Shown: positions 8,960 to 18,746, numbered from the stretch's first letter. The stretch is DNA of 64,000 nt from an uncultured Eubacteriales bacterium (GCA_902798825.1 CADBYI010000008.1:207-64206), one strand, 5' to 3'. Notes: generated by a model from the letters alone, not told the origin. Made by a program: numbers and translations.

Positions 8960-10357
8960 ATGAAAACCTTTTTCAAAATTCTGTTGACCCTGCTCATTTT
9001 GGGGGGCCTTGGCTACGGCGGGTGGTACGCCTATAACCGATATTTCGCGGAGGTGCCCCAGGAGGGCACGGTCTACGTTCAGTCCGTTTCCGTTATCACG
9101 GGGGTGGGGCCCGCGGGGCAGCGCACCCGGTATTCCGGCGTGGTGGAGGCCAAGAACATCATCACCGTGGACCCGGACGCGGATCTGGCCATCAAGGAAT
9201 GCTTCGTCTCCGCCGGGGACAAGGTGAAGGAGGGGGACCCTCTCTTCAGCTATGACGTGGAAAGCATGGCCATCTCCCTGGAGCAGCTGCGGCTGGACAT
9301 CCTGGGCCTGGAGAACGGCATACAGGCCGGCGAGACCAAGGTGGAGAATCTGAAAAAGCGGCTGGCCAGGATCGCGGAGTACAAGAAGTATGAGCTGCAG
9401 CTGGAGATCCAGACCGAGGAGCTGGAGATCCGCAAAAAGCAATACGAGCTCTCCGGCAAGAACCAGCAGGCGGAGACCATGGAGAAGACCCTGGAAAACA
9501 GCGAGGTTTACTCTCCCGTGACGGGCACGATCCGGTCCGTCCGATCCGGCGACAGCCCCAGTCAGGACTACTATGGCGACAGCAGCCAGGACAACGCCTA
9601 CATCACCATCGTGGCGGGCAACGATTATTGCGTAAAGGGGACGGTCTCCGAGCAGACCATCCACACCCTCCAGGAGGGCATGGACGTGCGGATCTTGAGC
9701 CGGGTGGACGACACCGTGTGGGAAGGGTCCATCTACAAGATCAACACCGAGGAGACCAAGCAGAACAACAACCGCTATTATTATTATGACGCCGGCTCCG
9801 GGGAGCAGGCCAGCAAATACGACTTCTTCGTGGAGCTGGGCACCAACGAAGGCCTGCTCATGGGCCAGCACGTGTATATCGAGCCCGGCGCCAAAGAGGA
9901 CGAGGCGGACGACGCCCTGCTCCTCCCCTTCTATTACGTGGTGGAGACAGAGGCGGAGCCCTTTGTCTACGCTGCCAACGACGAGAACCGCATCGAGAAG
10001 CGGCCCGTGGTCCTGGGCGACCGGGACGATGAGACCGGCACCGTGGCCATCTTGGAGGGCCTCGGCTATCTGGACAGGATCGCCTTCCCCGACGAAAGCG
10101 TTCAGGTGGGCATGCTGGCCTCCGAGACCTCCTATGTGCCGGAGGGGGCGGGGCTTATGGACCCGGCGGACGCGGACGAGCATGGCCCCATGACTGGGAT
10201 GCCCGCGGACGGTATGCCCATGACCGGGATGCCCGCGGACGGTATGCCCATGACCGGGATGCCCATGGACAGCTTCGAAGGCATGGACGGGATCGACGCG
10301 TATGAGGACAAGGACGCGGAGGAAATCGAGATCCCCTTGGGAGGACCCCAGGGATGA
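8960..10357 (+). CDS. HlyD/MacA-family periplasmic adaptor subunit (adaptor 1)
   Basis: N-terminal TM anchor, lipoyl-like hairpin motif (VSAGDKVKEGDPLFSYD), long coiled-coil segment and beta-barrel region. The C-terminal tail contains GMPADGMPMT repeats. The stop overlaps the next ATG (ATGA). Confidence 0.8.
   Translation: MKTFFKILLTLLILGGLGYGGWYAYNRYFAEVPQEGTVYVQSVSVITGVGPAGQRTRYSGVVEAKNIITVDPDADLAIKECFVSAGDKVKEGDPLFSYDVESMAISLEQLRLDILGLENGIQAGETKVENLKKRLARIAEYKKYELQLEIQTEELEIRKKQYELSGKNQQAETMEKTLENSEVYSPVTGTIRSVRSGDSPSQDYYGDSSQDNAYITIVAGNDYCVKGTVSEQTIHTLQEGMDVRILSRVDDTVWEGSIYKINTEETKQNNNRYYYYDAGSGEQASKYDFFVELGTNEGLLMGQHVYIEPGAKEDEADDALLLPFYYVVETEAEPFVYAANDENRIEKRPVVLGDRDDETGTVAILEGLGYLDRIAFPDESVQVGMLASETSYVPEGAGLMDPADADEHGPMTGMPADGMPMTGMPADGMPMTGMPMDSFEGMDGIDAYEDKDAEEIEIPLGGPQG
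10189..10264 (+). repeat. in-frame 30-bp tandem repeat (about 2.5 copies)
   Basis: catgac(t/c)gggatgcccgcggacggtatgcc occurs at 10189-10218 and 10219-10248, with a partial third copy. It encodes MTGMPADGMP repeats in the adaptor-1 tail. Confidence 0.9.
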
Positions 10358-11031
10358 TCATCGAGCTGGAGCACATCGAAAAGACCTATGGGACGGGCGC
10401 CAACAAGGTGCCGGTCCTGCATGACGTGAATTTGCAGGTGGAGAACGGGGAATATATCGCCATCATGGGGCCCTCCGGCTCCGGGAAGAGCACCCTCATG
10501 AACATATTGGGCTATCTGGACGTGCCCACGGCCGGCACCTACCGGTTCGACGGACAGGACAACACCAAGGCCGGGGACGCCCGCATGGCCCGCATCCGAA
10601 ACGAAAAGATCGGGTTCGTCTTTCAAAGCTTTCATCTGATGCAGCGGCGCCGGGCCTGGGAGAACGTGGCCCTGCCCCTGATGTACGGAAACGTGCGCCG
10701 GGGCGAGCGCAAGCGCCGGGCCGAGGAGGCCCTCCGGCAGGTGGGGCTGGAGGATCGGATCAGCTTCTATCCCGGCCAGCTGTCCGGCGGCCAGTGCCAG
10801 CGGGTGGCCATCGCCCGGGCCATCTGCACCCGGCCCAAGCTCCTGTTGGCCGACGAGCCCACCGGAGCCCTTGATTCCAAAGCCGGACAGCAGATCATGG
10901 ACATCTTCGACGAGCTACACGATCAGGGCATGACCATCGTCATGATCACCCACGAACATGCCGTGGCGGAGCGGGCCCGGCGGATACTCTACATCTACGA
11001 CGGGTGGTTGAGAGAGGAGGCCCAGGCATGA
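10354..11031 (+). CDS. ABC transporter ATP-binding protein (MacB/LolD/FtsE-type)
   Basis: Walker [10 protein letters not shown], signature [14 protein letters not shown], Walker [14 protein letters not shown]-loop ITHE. Confidence 0.9.
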   Translation: MIIELEHIEKTYGTGANKVPVLHDVNLQVENGEYIAIMGPSGSGKSTLMNILGYLDVPTAGTYRFDGQDNTKAGDARMARIRNEKIGFVFQSFHLMQRRRAWENVALPLMYGNVRRGERKRRAEEALRQVGLEDRISFYPGQLSGGQCQRVAIARAICTRPKLLLADEPTGALDSKAGQQIMDIFDELHDQGMTIVMITHEHAVAERARRILYIYDGWLREEAQA

Positions 11032-12872
11032 AAGCCCTGTTGAGAACCCTTCTTGTCCTTCTGCTCATCGGCGGCATGGTGGCCGGCGGCATCTATGGCT
11101 ACAGCCGCTATACCCGGAGCCAGCCTGTGAAGGTCCAGCCCGTGGGGAACTGGCTGTTGGAGTACGCCCCTAACCAGACGTATCTGGGGGGCAGCGTCAC
11201 CTATGGCACCAGCATGATCCTCTACGCGGAGCGGAACAGGATGCCCCTGGAGTTCTTCGTCAGCGAGGGCCAGACGGTCCACGCCGGGGACCCCCTGCTT
11301 CGGTACGACACCACCAAGGACGCCATCGATCTGGACGAAAAGCTGCTGAGCCGCCAAAAGCTCTACGATGAGCTGGAGGGCCTCTATAAGGATTATAAGC
11401 GATATTCCTACGAGGAGTATGAGCGGGCCATCCCTTCGGCCACGCCCACCGCCACACCCATGCCCAGGGGCTATACCGGCGTCAGCGCCCGAGGGGACGG
11501 CTCTTTGGGCATCGTCCGGCTCTCGGCCCCCGTGCGGCGGGAGCTGCAGCCGTTGGATGGAGACGGGACCCAGGAGAACCCCTATCGGTATGAGGTACAG
11601 GGGCCAGATCCAGTACCAGGACGGTTGCTGACCATACTACAGAACAAGGCAACTCGGCAGCCCGTCTTTGCCTGGTTCAAAACGGACATCGGTTTGCTGT
11701 ACCTGCGGTTTTTGCCCCCCGACACCCAGTTCCCCAAGGGAAGCATGCGGCTGGCCGCCACCCTGACGGAGCACGATCCCACGGGCGTCATGGACGTGAA
11801 CGGCATGACCCCCCGGGAGGGCGACGGGACCATCCAGACCCCCTACGTCTTTTCCTACACCGAGGAAGTGGAGGTGCCCGGCGACTTCTTCGCCCGGTAC
11901 AGCCGGGAAGCCAGCGCTACGGGCAAGTATATCTATGCGGAGCTGCGGGGCCGGAAGCTGACCGTGGCCGTGGACTTCACCAGCATGGGCACCTGCATCC
12001 TGCGGCTGAAGCTCACCCCCGAGACCACGCCCACCCCCACCCCCTCCGAGGAACCCACGCCCACGCCTACCCCCACGCCTACGCCCACCCCCACGGCCAC
12101 GCCGGAGGGATGGACCGACGCGCCGGAGACCCCCTACGTCCCCCCCCGCCGGGGCGGCATGTCCAAGGCGGATCGGCTGGCCCTGGTGGAGTCCCTGACC
12201 GAGCAGATCCGGGACGCAGAGCACACCTATCTGCAGTTGGAGCACGACATAGAGGTCCTCACGAACAACGCCCAAAACGGCACCGTCACCAGCACCATCG
12301 ACGGGGTGGTGTCCAAGCTGGACCCCACGGCCAAGGCCGGGAACACCATGGTGGAGATCCGGGGCGGCAACGGCAAGAGCTTCATCAGCTGTATGCTGGG
12401 GGAGACGGATTTGAATAAGTATCCCGTCGGCACCGAGCTCACGGGCTTTTCCTACGACGTCGGTGAAAGCGTCACCGCCGTGGTGACCTATGTAAGCCCC
12501 ATGCCCGTCACCGACAGCTACTCCAACGGCGGCAACCCCAACTCCTCGGGCTATACCATGCTTCTGGAGGTCCAGGGGGACGTGGAGCTGCCCCTGTTCA
12601 GCTATGTGGAGTTCACCTCCTTCGAGCCCCTGTCCCGGAGCGGCGCCATCTATCTCTACGAGGCCTTCGTGCGGGAGATCGAGGGGCAGGACTGCATCTT
12701 CGTGGCCCGAGACGGGGTCCTGAAGAAGATCCAGGTCCACACGGGCCGCCGGACCATGGAGTATATCGAGCTGGTGGGCAGCGACCTCAAGCGAGAGGAT
12801 TACATCGCCTTCCCCTACGACAAGAACGTGCGGGACGGGGCCGCCGTCGAGATCACCGACGGCAGCTGGTAA
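11028..12872 (+). CDS. HlyD-like adaptor subunit with large insertion and (Pro-Thr)n linker (adaptor 2)
   Basis: Start at [16 protein letters not shown] (TM anchor), overlapping the ATPase stop. Lipoyl-like motif (VSEGQTVHAGDPLLRYD), a PTPTPSEEPTPTPTPTPTPTPTATPE linker, and a C-terminal barrel-sandwich-like region. Confidence 0.65.
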   Translation: MKALLRTLLVLLLIGGMVAGGIYGYSRYTRSQPVKVQPVGNWLLEYAPNQTYLGGSVTYGTSMILYAERNRMPLEFFVSEGQTVHAGDPLLRYDTTKDAIDLDEKLLSRQKLYDELEGLYKDYKRYSYEEYERAIPSATPTATPMPRGYTGVSARGDGSLGIVRLSAPVRRELQPLDGDGTQENPYRYEVQGPDPVPGRLLTILQNKATRQPVFAWFKTDIGLLYLRFLPPDTQFPKGSMRLAATLTEHDPTGVMDVNGMTPREGDGTIQTPYVFSYTEEVEVPGDFFARYSREASATGKYIYAELRGRKLTVAVDFTSMGTCILRLKLTPETTPTPTPSEEPTPTPTPTPTPTPTATPEGWTDAPETPYVPPRRGGMSKADRLALVESLTEQIRDAEHTYLQLEHDIEVLTNNAQNGTVTSTIDGVVSKLDPTAKAGNTMVEIRGGNGKSFISCMLGETDLNKYPVGTELTGFSYDVGESVTAVVTYVSPMPVTDSYSNGGNPNSSGYTMLLEVQGDVELPLFSYVEFTSFEPLSRSGAIYLYEAFVREIEGQDCIFVARDGVLKKIQVHTGRRTMEYIELVGSDLKREDYIAFPYDKNVRDGAAVEITDGSW

Positions 12873-12912
12873 CGTGATGAAAAACACCGTTTTTCAAAAG
12901 GAGTGAATCGCT

Positions 12913-14163
12913 ATGCTGGAAAACCTGCGGGAAGCCTTTGACGGCATATGGTCCCATAAGCTCAGGAGCACCCTGACCATGCTGGGCATCATCATCGGCA
13001 TCGCCTCCATCATCGCCATCTCCTCCACCATCATGGGCACCAACGAGCAGATCAAGCAGAATCTGGTGGGCGCGGGCAACAACACCGTGGAGGTGGCCCT
13101 CTATCAGGGGGATTACGTTCTGGACCCCAGCTACCAGCAGGTGCCGGAGTATGTGACGCCCCTGGACAGCTCCATCCTGCCCGAGATCACGAAGATCCCC
13201 CAGGTGGAGGACGCCTCCCTGTTCTTCCGCCGGGACGCCTACGGCATGATCTGGTATGGCACCGAGGGCTTGAACCAGGGATCGATCTACGGGGTGGACG
13301 AGCATTTCCTGTCCGTCAACGGGTATGTGATCCGCAGCGGACGCGGCTTTCTGCCCGAGGATTTCAAGGCGTTTCGGAAGGTGGCCCTGATCGATCGGAC
13401 CGTGTCCGAGACCCTGTTCATGGGCAAAAACCCCATCAACGAGACCATCGAGATCTCCTCTGAGCCCTATGTGGTGGTGGGCGAATTCACCCAGAACAGC
13501 GCCTTCACCCCCACCATCACCTCCATCGACGACTACTTCACCTACACCGACCACTCCGGCGGCAAGGTGCTGGTCCCCGCCTCCACCTGGCCCACCCTGT
13601 TCGCCTATGACCAGCCCAGCTCCGTGCTGGTTCGGGCGGGCAGCACCGACGAGATGACCGAGGCCGGGAAACAGACCGCCGCCGTCCTCAACCGGACCCT
13701 GATCGGCAGCGGGGACGTGACCTATAAGAGCAAGGATCTGCTGGAGCAGGCCAAGCAGCTTCAGGAGCTGTCCTCCGCCACCAATCGACAGCTCATCTGG
13801 ATCGCCAGCATCTCCCTGCTGGTGGGCGGCATCGGCGTCATGAACATCATGCTGGTATCCGTCACCGAGCGGACCCCGGAGATCGGCCTCAAAAAGGCCC
13901 TGGGGGCCCGCAAGCGCCGCATCTCCAGCCAGTTCTTGACCGAGGCCGGCGTGCTCACCTGCATCGGCGGCATTCTGGGCATCCTGGTGGGCATCGGCCT
14001 TGCCTATATGGTCAGCCGGGTCTCGGGCGTGCCCATCTTCATCAGCTGGTACATCGTGGCCGCCACGGTGGTCTTCTCCTTCGTGGTGGGGCTCTTCTTC
14101 GGCGCCGTGCCCGCGGTGCAGGCGGCGCGGCTGAACCCCATCGACGCGTTGAGGAGAGAATGA
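12913..14163 (+). CDS. ABC transporter permease, MacB/FtsX family
   Basis: N-terminus LRSTLTMLGIIIGIASII, a large extracytoplasmic domain, and a C-terminal FtsX-type 3-TM bundle (ISLLVGGIGVMNIMLVSVTERTPEIG). Confidence 0.9.
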   Translation: MLENLREAFDGIWSHKLRSTLTMLGIIIGIASIIAISSTIMGTNEQIKQNLVGAGNNTVEVALYQGDYVLDPSYQQVPEYVTPLDSSILPEITKIPQVEDASLFFRRDAYGMIWYGTEGLNQGSIYGVDEHFLSVNGYVIRSGRGFLPEDFKAFRKVALIDRTVSETLFMGKNPINETIEISSEPYVVVGEFTQNSAFTPTITSIDDYFTYTDHSGGKVLVPASTWPTLFAYDQPSSVLVRAGSTDEMTEAGKQTAAVLNRTLIGSGDVTYKSKDLLEQAKQLQELSSATNRQLIWIASISLLVGGIGVMNIMLVSVTERTPEIGLKKALGARKRRISSQFLTEAGVLTCIGGILGILVGIGLAYMVSRVSGVPIFISWYIVAATVVFSFVVGLFFGAVPAVQAARLNPIDALRRE

Positions 14164-14185
14164 TCCCCATTGAGTGCACAAAAAA

Positions 14186-14220
14186 ATGCCCCCTTTCCGG
14201 AAAGGAAGGGGGCATACTTT
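14186..14220. terminator. intrinsic terminator (between convergent genes)
   Basis: Hairpin atgccccctttcc-ggaa-aggaagggggcat, flanked by an A-run upstream and a T-rich run downstream. Confidence 0.75.
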
Positions 14221-14257
14221 TATCTTATCAAGGGTTTCTCCGAAAAAGAGGTTTCGT

Positions 14258-14635
14258 TTATTGAGCCTCGGCGATGGCCTCCACCTCCACCATGACGCCC
14301 TTGGGCAGGGTCTTCACCGCCACGCAGGAGCGGGCGGGGCAATCTCCGGTGAAGTATTTGGCGTATACGCCGTTGAAGGCGGCAAAATTGCCCATGTCGG
14401 ACAGGAAGCAGGTGGTCTTGACGACGGTGGACAGGGAGGCGCCGCCGGCCTCCAAAACGGCCTGCAGGTTCTTCAGCGCCTGCTCGCTCTGCTCCTCGAT
14501 GGTCTCGCCCACGATGGCGCCGGTGCCCGGGTCCAGGGGGATCTGGCCGGACGTGAACACCAGCTTGCCGCTCACCATGCCCTGGCTGTAGGGCCCGATG
14601 GCCCCGGGGGCGTTGCTCGTTTCAATCTTTTTCAT
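14258..14635 (-). CDS. ridA: RidA family reactive-intermediate deaminase
   Basis: 125 aa. SNAPGAIGPYSQG and later CFLSDMGNFAAFNGVYAKYF and PARSCVAV are typical of YjgF/RidA. Confidence 0.9.
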   Translation of the reverse strand: MKKIETSNAPGAIGPYSQGMVSGKLVFTSGQIPLDPGTGAIVGETIEEQSEQALKNLQAVLEAGGASLSTVVKTTCFLSDMGNFAAFNGVYAKYFTGDCPARSCVAVKTLPKGVMVEVEAIAEAQ

Positions 14636-14702
14636 GGAATGGATTCCTTTCTTTAGTTTTATTGAAAGTTCGCATCTGTTCTGTCAATAAAGGTGCGAAA
14701 AA

Positions 14703-15371
14703 TCAAACCACGTTCCAATCGATGGGCTTCTGCCCCGAGGCCTCCAGGATGGCGTTCGCCTTGGAGAAGTGGCGGCAGCCGAAGAAGCCGTTGTAGGCGG
14801 AGAGGGGGCTGGGGTGCACGGTCTCCAGCTTCACGTGAAGGGGGTTGGTGATCAGGGCCTTCTTGCTCCGGGCGTTGGCGCCCCAGAGAAGGAACACCAC
14901 CGGCGTCTGCTTATGGTTCAGTTCCGAGATGATCCTGTCCGTCAGGGTCTCCCAGCCCTTCCCCTTGTGGCTGTTGGGCTCATGCTCCCGGACGGTCAGC
15001 ACCGTGTTGAGAAGCAGCACCCCCTGCTTCGCCCAGCAGGTCAGCTCCCCGTGGGCGGGCCGGTCGATGCCCACGTCCTGCATGAGCTCCTTGAAGATAT
15101 TCTGCAGGGACGGCGGCGGCTCCACGCCCTTCTGCACCGAAAAGCACAGCCCGTGGGCCTGACCGGGGCCGTGGTAGGGGTCCTGGCCCAGGATCACCAC
15201 CTTGGTGTCCGAAAAGGAGGTATATTTCAGGGCGTTGAAGATGTTGTGCATATTGGGGTACACCACGTGATGGCTGTACTCCTCGATCAGGAACTTGCGA
15301 AGCTCCTGATAATAGGGCTTGTCGAACTCCCCTTTGAGCCGCTCGTCCCAATCGTTGCCGATATGCACCAT
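14703..15371 (-). CDS. ung: uracil-DNA glycosylase
   Basis: 222 aa with family-1 UDG motifs [22 protein letters not shown] and HPSPLSA. Confidence 0.95.
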   Translation of the reverse strand: MVHIGNDWDERLKGEFDKPYYQELRKFLIEEYSHHVVYPNMHNIFNALKYTSFSDTKVVILGQDPYHGPGQAHGLCFSVQKGVEPPPSLQNIFKELMQDVGIDRPAHGELTCWAKQGVLLLNTVLTVREHEPNSHKGKGWETLTDRIISELNHKQTPVVFLLWGANARSKKALITNPLHVKLETVHPSPLSAYNGFFGCRHFSKANAILEASGQKPIDWNVV

Positions 15372-15441
15372 GGCCCTGCCCCCCTGTCGTCTGTCTTGAA
15401 AACAGTATACCTCCTCTCCCCCGCCCTGGCAAGCCCCGTCC

Positions 15442-15831
15442 TTAGTAGGGCTTGAGGACGCCGATCTGCACCGCCGCCATCAGCAGGTCCGCCAGGATCA
15501 TCTCCCGCCACCTATAGAGGGTGGACGAGGTCACGTTCAGTTCCATAGCCAGCTTCATGATCTCGTTTCCCCGCCCCGGGTGCCCCGAGACCGGCGCGTC
15601 CAGATGATAGAGCCGGGCAAAGAACCGTTCCTTCTCCGGCTCCTTGGCCTTCAAATCCGCCCGCACCCGCTCCACGGCCCAGACCCAGCCGGCCTTCTCC
15701 ACATATTTCGCCGGGAGTGATCGACCCGCATTCGCCGCCGCCTCATAGCCTCTAAGATAGCTTAGATTCTCCCTGTACCGTTTCGCGTTCTGTTCCGCCG
15801 CATGTCGTAAGTCGAGCTGCATGGTGCTCAC
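15442..15831 (-). CDS. small HTH protein resembling phage late-gene activators (RinA/ArpU/sigma region-4-like)
   Basis: 129 aa. The C-terminal segment [27 protein letters not shown] looks like a sigma-70 region-4-type HTH, preceded by a FFARLY motif as in RinA-type proteins. The call rests on pattern similarity only. Confidence 0.4.
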   Translation of the reverse strand: MSTMQLDLRHAAEQNAKRYRENLSYLRGYEAAANAGRSLPAKYVEKAGWVWAVERVRADLKAKEPEKERFFARLYHLDAPVSGHPGRGNEIMKLAMELNVTSSTLYRWREMILADLLMAAVQIGVLKPY

Positions 15832-15974
15832 CTCCCTTGCTTTGTTCTGCCGTCAGTATAGCAAAGAAGCGCCTGCCTGTCTGTCCGTTTATGGGACATA
15901 TAACCGATTCGCCAAAAACTGACCCTTTCCGTGGGCCGCTTGCATCCGGGACGAAAGAATGATATGATGCACCT

Positions 15975-16775
15975 ATGAGAGCAACGAGAGCCTATGTGGA
16001 GCAGACCCTGTCCCGAGAGGGGCTGCTGCCCAACAAGAACCTGGGACAAAACTTCTGCGTGGACGAAGGGGTCCTGCGCCGACTGGCCACCGCCCTGCCG
16101 CTGAACGGCCGGACGGTGTTGGAGATCGGCCCCGGTCTCGGCGGTCTGACGGAGCAGCTGCTGCTGTCCGGCGCCACCGTCTTCGCCGTGGAGAAGGACG
16201 GGCGGCTGTTCGACTTTTTGCAGCGGGATATGCAGAACGAAAGGCTGACCCTGATCCATGGGGACTGCCTGAAGACGGAGTACGGCTTTTTGCCCCCCGA
16301 CTTCATCGCCGCGGGAAACCTGCCCTATTGCATCACGGCGGATATCGTCACGATGCTGCTGACCCTGCAGCCGGCGGGGATGCTGCTCATGGTCCAGCGG
16401 GAGGCGGCGGACCGGTTTTTTGCAAAGCCAGCCCAGAAGAACTACGGCCCCGTGGCCATGGTCTCCCAGCTCTACTACACCCCCACCCTCCTGGCGGAGG
16501 TGCCGCCCGAGGGGTATCTCCCCCCACCCACGGTAACCAGCGCCCTGGTGAAGCTGGAAGCGCGGCCGGATGCGCCCCAGGAATCGACCGAATCCCTCCT
16601 TAAATTTGCCGCTGCCTGCTTGCGCATGCGGCGCAAGACGCTGTATAATAACCTTACGGGTATGCCGGATCTGAAGGGCGTCCTCCTGGACATGGGCCTT
16701 GCCGAGACCATACGGGGCGAGGCGCTGACGCCCGAACAGCTTCTCATGCTGTATCGGCGCCTAAACGCAAAGTAA
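15975..16775 (+). CDS. rsmA: rRNA adenine dimethyltransferase family protein (KsgA/RsmA-like)
   Basis: NKNLGQNFCVD motif, SAM-binding VLEIGPGLGGLT, GNLPYCIT motif. The N-terminal lead-in resembles KsgA rather than Erm. Confidence 0.7.
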   Translation: MRATRAYVEQTLSREGLLPNKNLGQNFCVDEGVLRRLATALPLNGRTVLEIGPGLGGLTEQLLLSGATVFAVEKDGRLFDFLQRDMQNERLTLIHGDCLKTEYGFLPPDFIAAGNLPYCITADIVTMLLTLQPAGMLLMVQREAADRFFAKPAQKNYGPVAMVSQLYYTPTLLAEVPPEGYLPPPTVTSALVKLEARPDAPQESTESLLKFAAACLRMRRKTLYNNLTGMPDLKGVLLDMGLAETIRGEALTPEQLLMLYRRLNAK

Positions 16776-16794
16776 ACAAAAGGAGATAGCAAAC

Positions 16795-17616
16795 ATGGAA
16801 AAGAGATTGAAAAAGGTACAGCGGGGCGCTTCCGTCGGCTTCGTCCTGTTGAAGATCCTGCGGATCCTGCTCATCATCGCTGCGGTGGCCATGATCGCCG
16901 GGCTGGTGTTCCTGGCCGTGGTCAACGAAAACGATCTGCCCTTGGACGCCGTGAAGGACGGCAAGCTGATCATAGATATGCAGGACCTTGACTTGAGCCA
17001 GGTGGGCCTCGACAAGGTCCCCAACATCGGTGGCCTGATCCAGGACAACGTGCTGACGCTGGACCTTCGGGACGCCAAGCTGGCCCTGCTGCTGCTGGTC
17101 GGCGCAGGCGTGCTGGTCCTGGTGGGGCTGTACATCCTGCTGCTGGTGGGTGGAAACCTGTTCAAGCACATGAAGAAGGAGGACACCCCCTTCACCAGCG
17201 GCAACATCCGCCGGCTGCGGCTGCTGGGCTCCCTGTATATCGTCTTCTGGGTCTGCGGCCTGGCCATGAGCTACTTCGTGGGCAGCGAATTCATCCGCCG
17301 TCTGGCCCTGCCCAGCGACAAGGTGAGCCTTAGTCTGAACCTGTCCTCCCTGCTGGTGGCTCTGCTGTTCTTCTTCGCGGCCCGCATCTTCAGCTTCGGC
17401 AAGGCCCAGGGCGAAGCTCTGGCCGCCCAGCCTGTGGCCGGGTTTGTGCCCGAGCCGGAGCCCGCGCCCGTCGAGCCCGCCCCCGTGGCGGTGCCGGTGC
17501 CTGCCCCCGAGCCCGTGGTGGAGCCGGCAGCGGAACCCATCGTGGAACCCCTGGAGGAGCCCGTCGTGGAGGCAGAGGCGCCGACGGAGGAGCCCCCCAT
17601 CGTGCCCCAGGACTGA
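16795..17616 (+). CDS. DUF2975-like multi-pass membrane protein with Pro/Glu/Ala-rich C-terminal tail
   Basis: Four predicted TM helices and a DTPFTSGNIRRLRLLG motif typical of DUF2975. The tail contains PEPEPAPVEPAPVAVPVPAPEPVVEP. Confidence 0.6.
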   Translation: MEKRLKKVQRGASVGFVLLKILRILLIIAAVAMIAGLVFLAVVNENDLPLDAVKDGKLIIDMQDLDLSQVGLDKVPNIGGLIQDNVLTLDLRDAKLALLLLVGAGVLVLVGLYILLLVGGNLFKHMKKEDTPFTSGNIRRLRLLGSLYIVFWVCGLAMSYFVGSEFIRRLALPSDKVSLSLNLSSLLVALLFFFAARIFSFGKAQGEALAAQPVAGFVPEPEPAPVEPAPVAVPVPAPEPVVEPAAEPIVEPLEEPVVEAEAPTEEPPIVPQD

Positions 17617-17643
17617 TCACCATATAAACCTTTCAAAGAACCG

Positions 17644-17672
17644 AAAAGGACGCCCATCGGCGTCCTTTTTTT
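17644..17672. terminator. bidirectional intrinsic terminator
   Basis: aaaaggacgcc-catc-ggcgtccttttttt, between convergent genes. Confidence 0.8.
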
Positions 17673-17685
17673 GTGCAATGCTGTT

Positions 17686-18696
17686 TTATTGGAGCCGCCG
17701 GATGGCCCGCTCCACGGCCTCCCGTCCCTCGCCGCCGACGATGCCCCACTCCTCCCGCATGAGACGCAGGACTTCCCGATAGGCTTCCACGGCGCCGGCT
17801 TTGTCGCCCTGGATCTCCCGGATGTGGGCGATGCACATGGCGCCATCGGTAAACTTGGGGGACGCTTGGAGCGCCAGACCCTTCTTGTACAGATCGACGG
17901 CCTTGTCATACTCCTGCCGCTGGGTGTAGATATCCCCCAGGACCAGGGACAGGCACCAGTCGTCCTCCAGGGCTTCCAGCTCTTTTAGCCGCTCATCCGC
18001 CTCGCCCTTACCTTCGGCCAGGGCGATTAAGTATCGATACATGGGGGTGCGGAAGGTGCTGTCGATGGCTGCCAGCTTTCCCAGCCAATTCTTGGCTTCG
18101 GTGAGGCGGCGGTCGTCGATCAGGTTGTCCAGCAGCCACATAATGGCGGCCCGGTTCTCGGGGTTCTTCTGGCAATACTCGCTGAGCCATTCGATGAGGG
18201 CGTGGTGGTTGCGCATGTTCCAGTCGGGGATGTAGCTGCCCCAGGCGTTGCACAGCTCGCTGATGGCGTCGGAATCTCCCTTCGTCTCCTCCACGGCCGT
18301 CTTGCCGTGCTCCACCGCCAGCAGCCGATACTGCTCGGCCTGGTTGTTGTATAGCTTGGCCAGCAGCAGCTCCGCCTGGCCCTTCAGCTCCGGCTTCTCC
18401 CCGAAGGCCCGCAGCTGCGCCTCCAGCTGCCGCTGCTCCGCCTCGTCGAAGAGACCCCTGTCGTAGATGCGGTTTTCGATCCGATCCATCTGCTGCTCCG
18501 GCGTCATGGCGAAGAGCTGGTCGATGCTGACGCCGAAGTATACGGCGATCTGGGGCAGCATCTGCACGTCCGGCACGCTGTTGCCGCACTCCCACTTGCT
18601 CACCGTCTGGGCGGTCACGTTCAGGGCCGCCGCCAGTCCCTCCTGGGTCAGGCCCCGATCCTGCCGCAGGCGGCGTATTTCCTTGCCCATTTCCAT
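17686..18696 (-). CDS. XRE-family HTH transcriptional regulator with TPR-like C-terminal domain
   Basis: N-terminus IRRLRQDRGLTQEGLAAALNVTAQTVSKWECG is a classic XRE HTH. About 270 aa of helical-repeat region follow. Confidence 0.85.
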   Translation of the reverse strand: MEMGKEIRRLRQDRGLTQEGLAAALNVTAQTVSKWECGNSVPDVQMLPQIAVYFGVSIDQLFAMTPEQQMDRIENRIYDRGLFDEAEQRQLEAQLRAFGEKPELKGQAELLLAKLYNNQAEQYRLLAVEHGKTAVEETKGDSDAISELCNAWGSYIPDWNMRNHHALIEWLSEYCQKNPENRAAIMWLLDNLIDDRRLTEAKNWLGKLAAIDSTFRTPMYRYLIALAEGKGEADERLKELEALEDDWCLSLVLGDIYTQRQEYDKAVDLYKKGLALQASPKFTDGAMCIAHIREIQGDKAGAVEAYREVLRLMREEWGIVGGEGREAVERAIRRLQ

Positions 18697-18746
18697 TTCC
18701 TTGTCCTCCTTGGTTTCGATGGCCTTAGCATAGCAGACCCGCAGCC

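Noticed and set aside
12030-12110. Short periodic repeats (PT-coding at about 12030-12110, the 30-bp repeat at 10189-10264, hairpin arrays at 18791-19369) as CRISPR arrays.
   Set aside because: The first two are in-frame coding repeats. The hairpin arrays have 9-nt constant parts and 11-17-nt variable palindromes, far from CRISPR repeat/spacer dimensions, and no cas genes are present.
15975-16775. The KsgA-family methyltransferase as an Erm-type macrolide-resistance methylase, given its non-canonical neighbourhood.
   Set aside because: The N-terminal lead-in before the LGQNF motif, and the overall length, resemble KsgA/RsmA rather than Erm. No leader peptide or attenuator is present upstream.
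17686-18696. The XRE-HTH + TPR regulator as an RRNPP-type peptide quorum-sensing receptor.
   Set aside because: No plausible small secreted-peptide ORF lies downstream (only a terminator) or upstream (the hairpin-array element). Domain architecture alone is insufficient.
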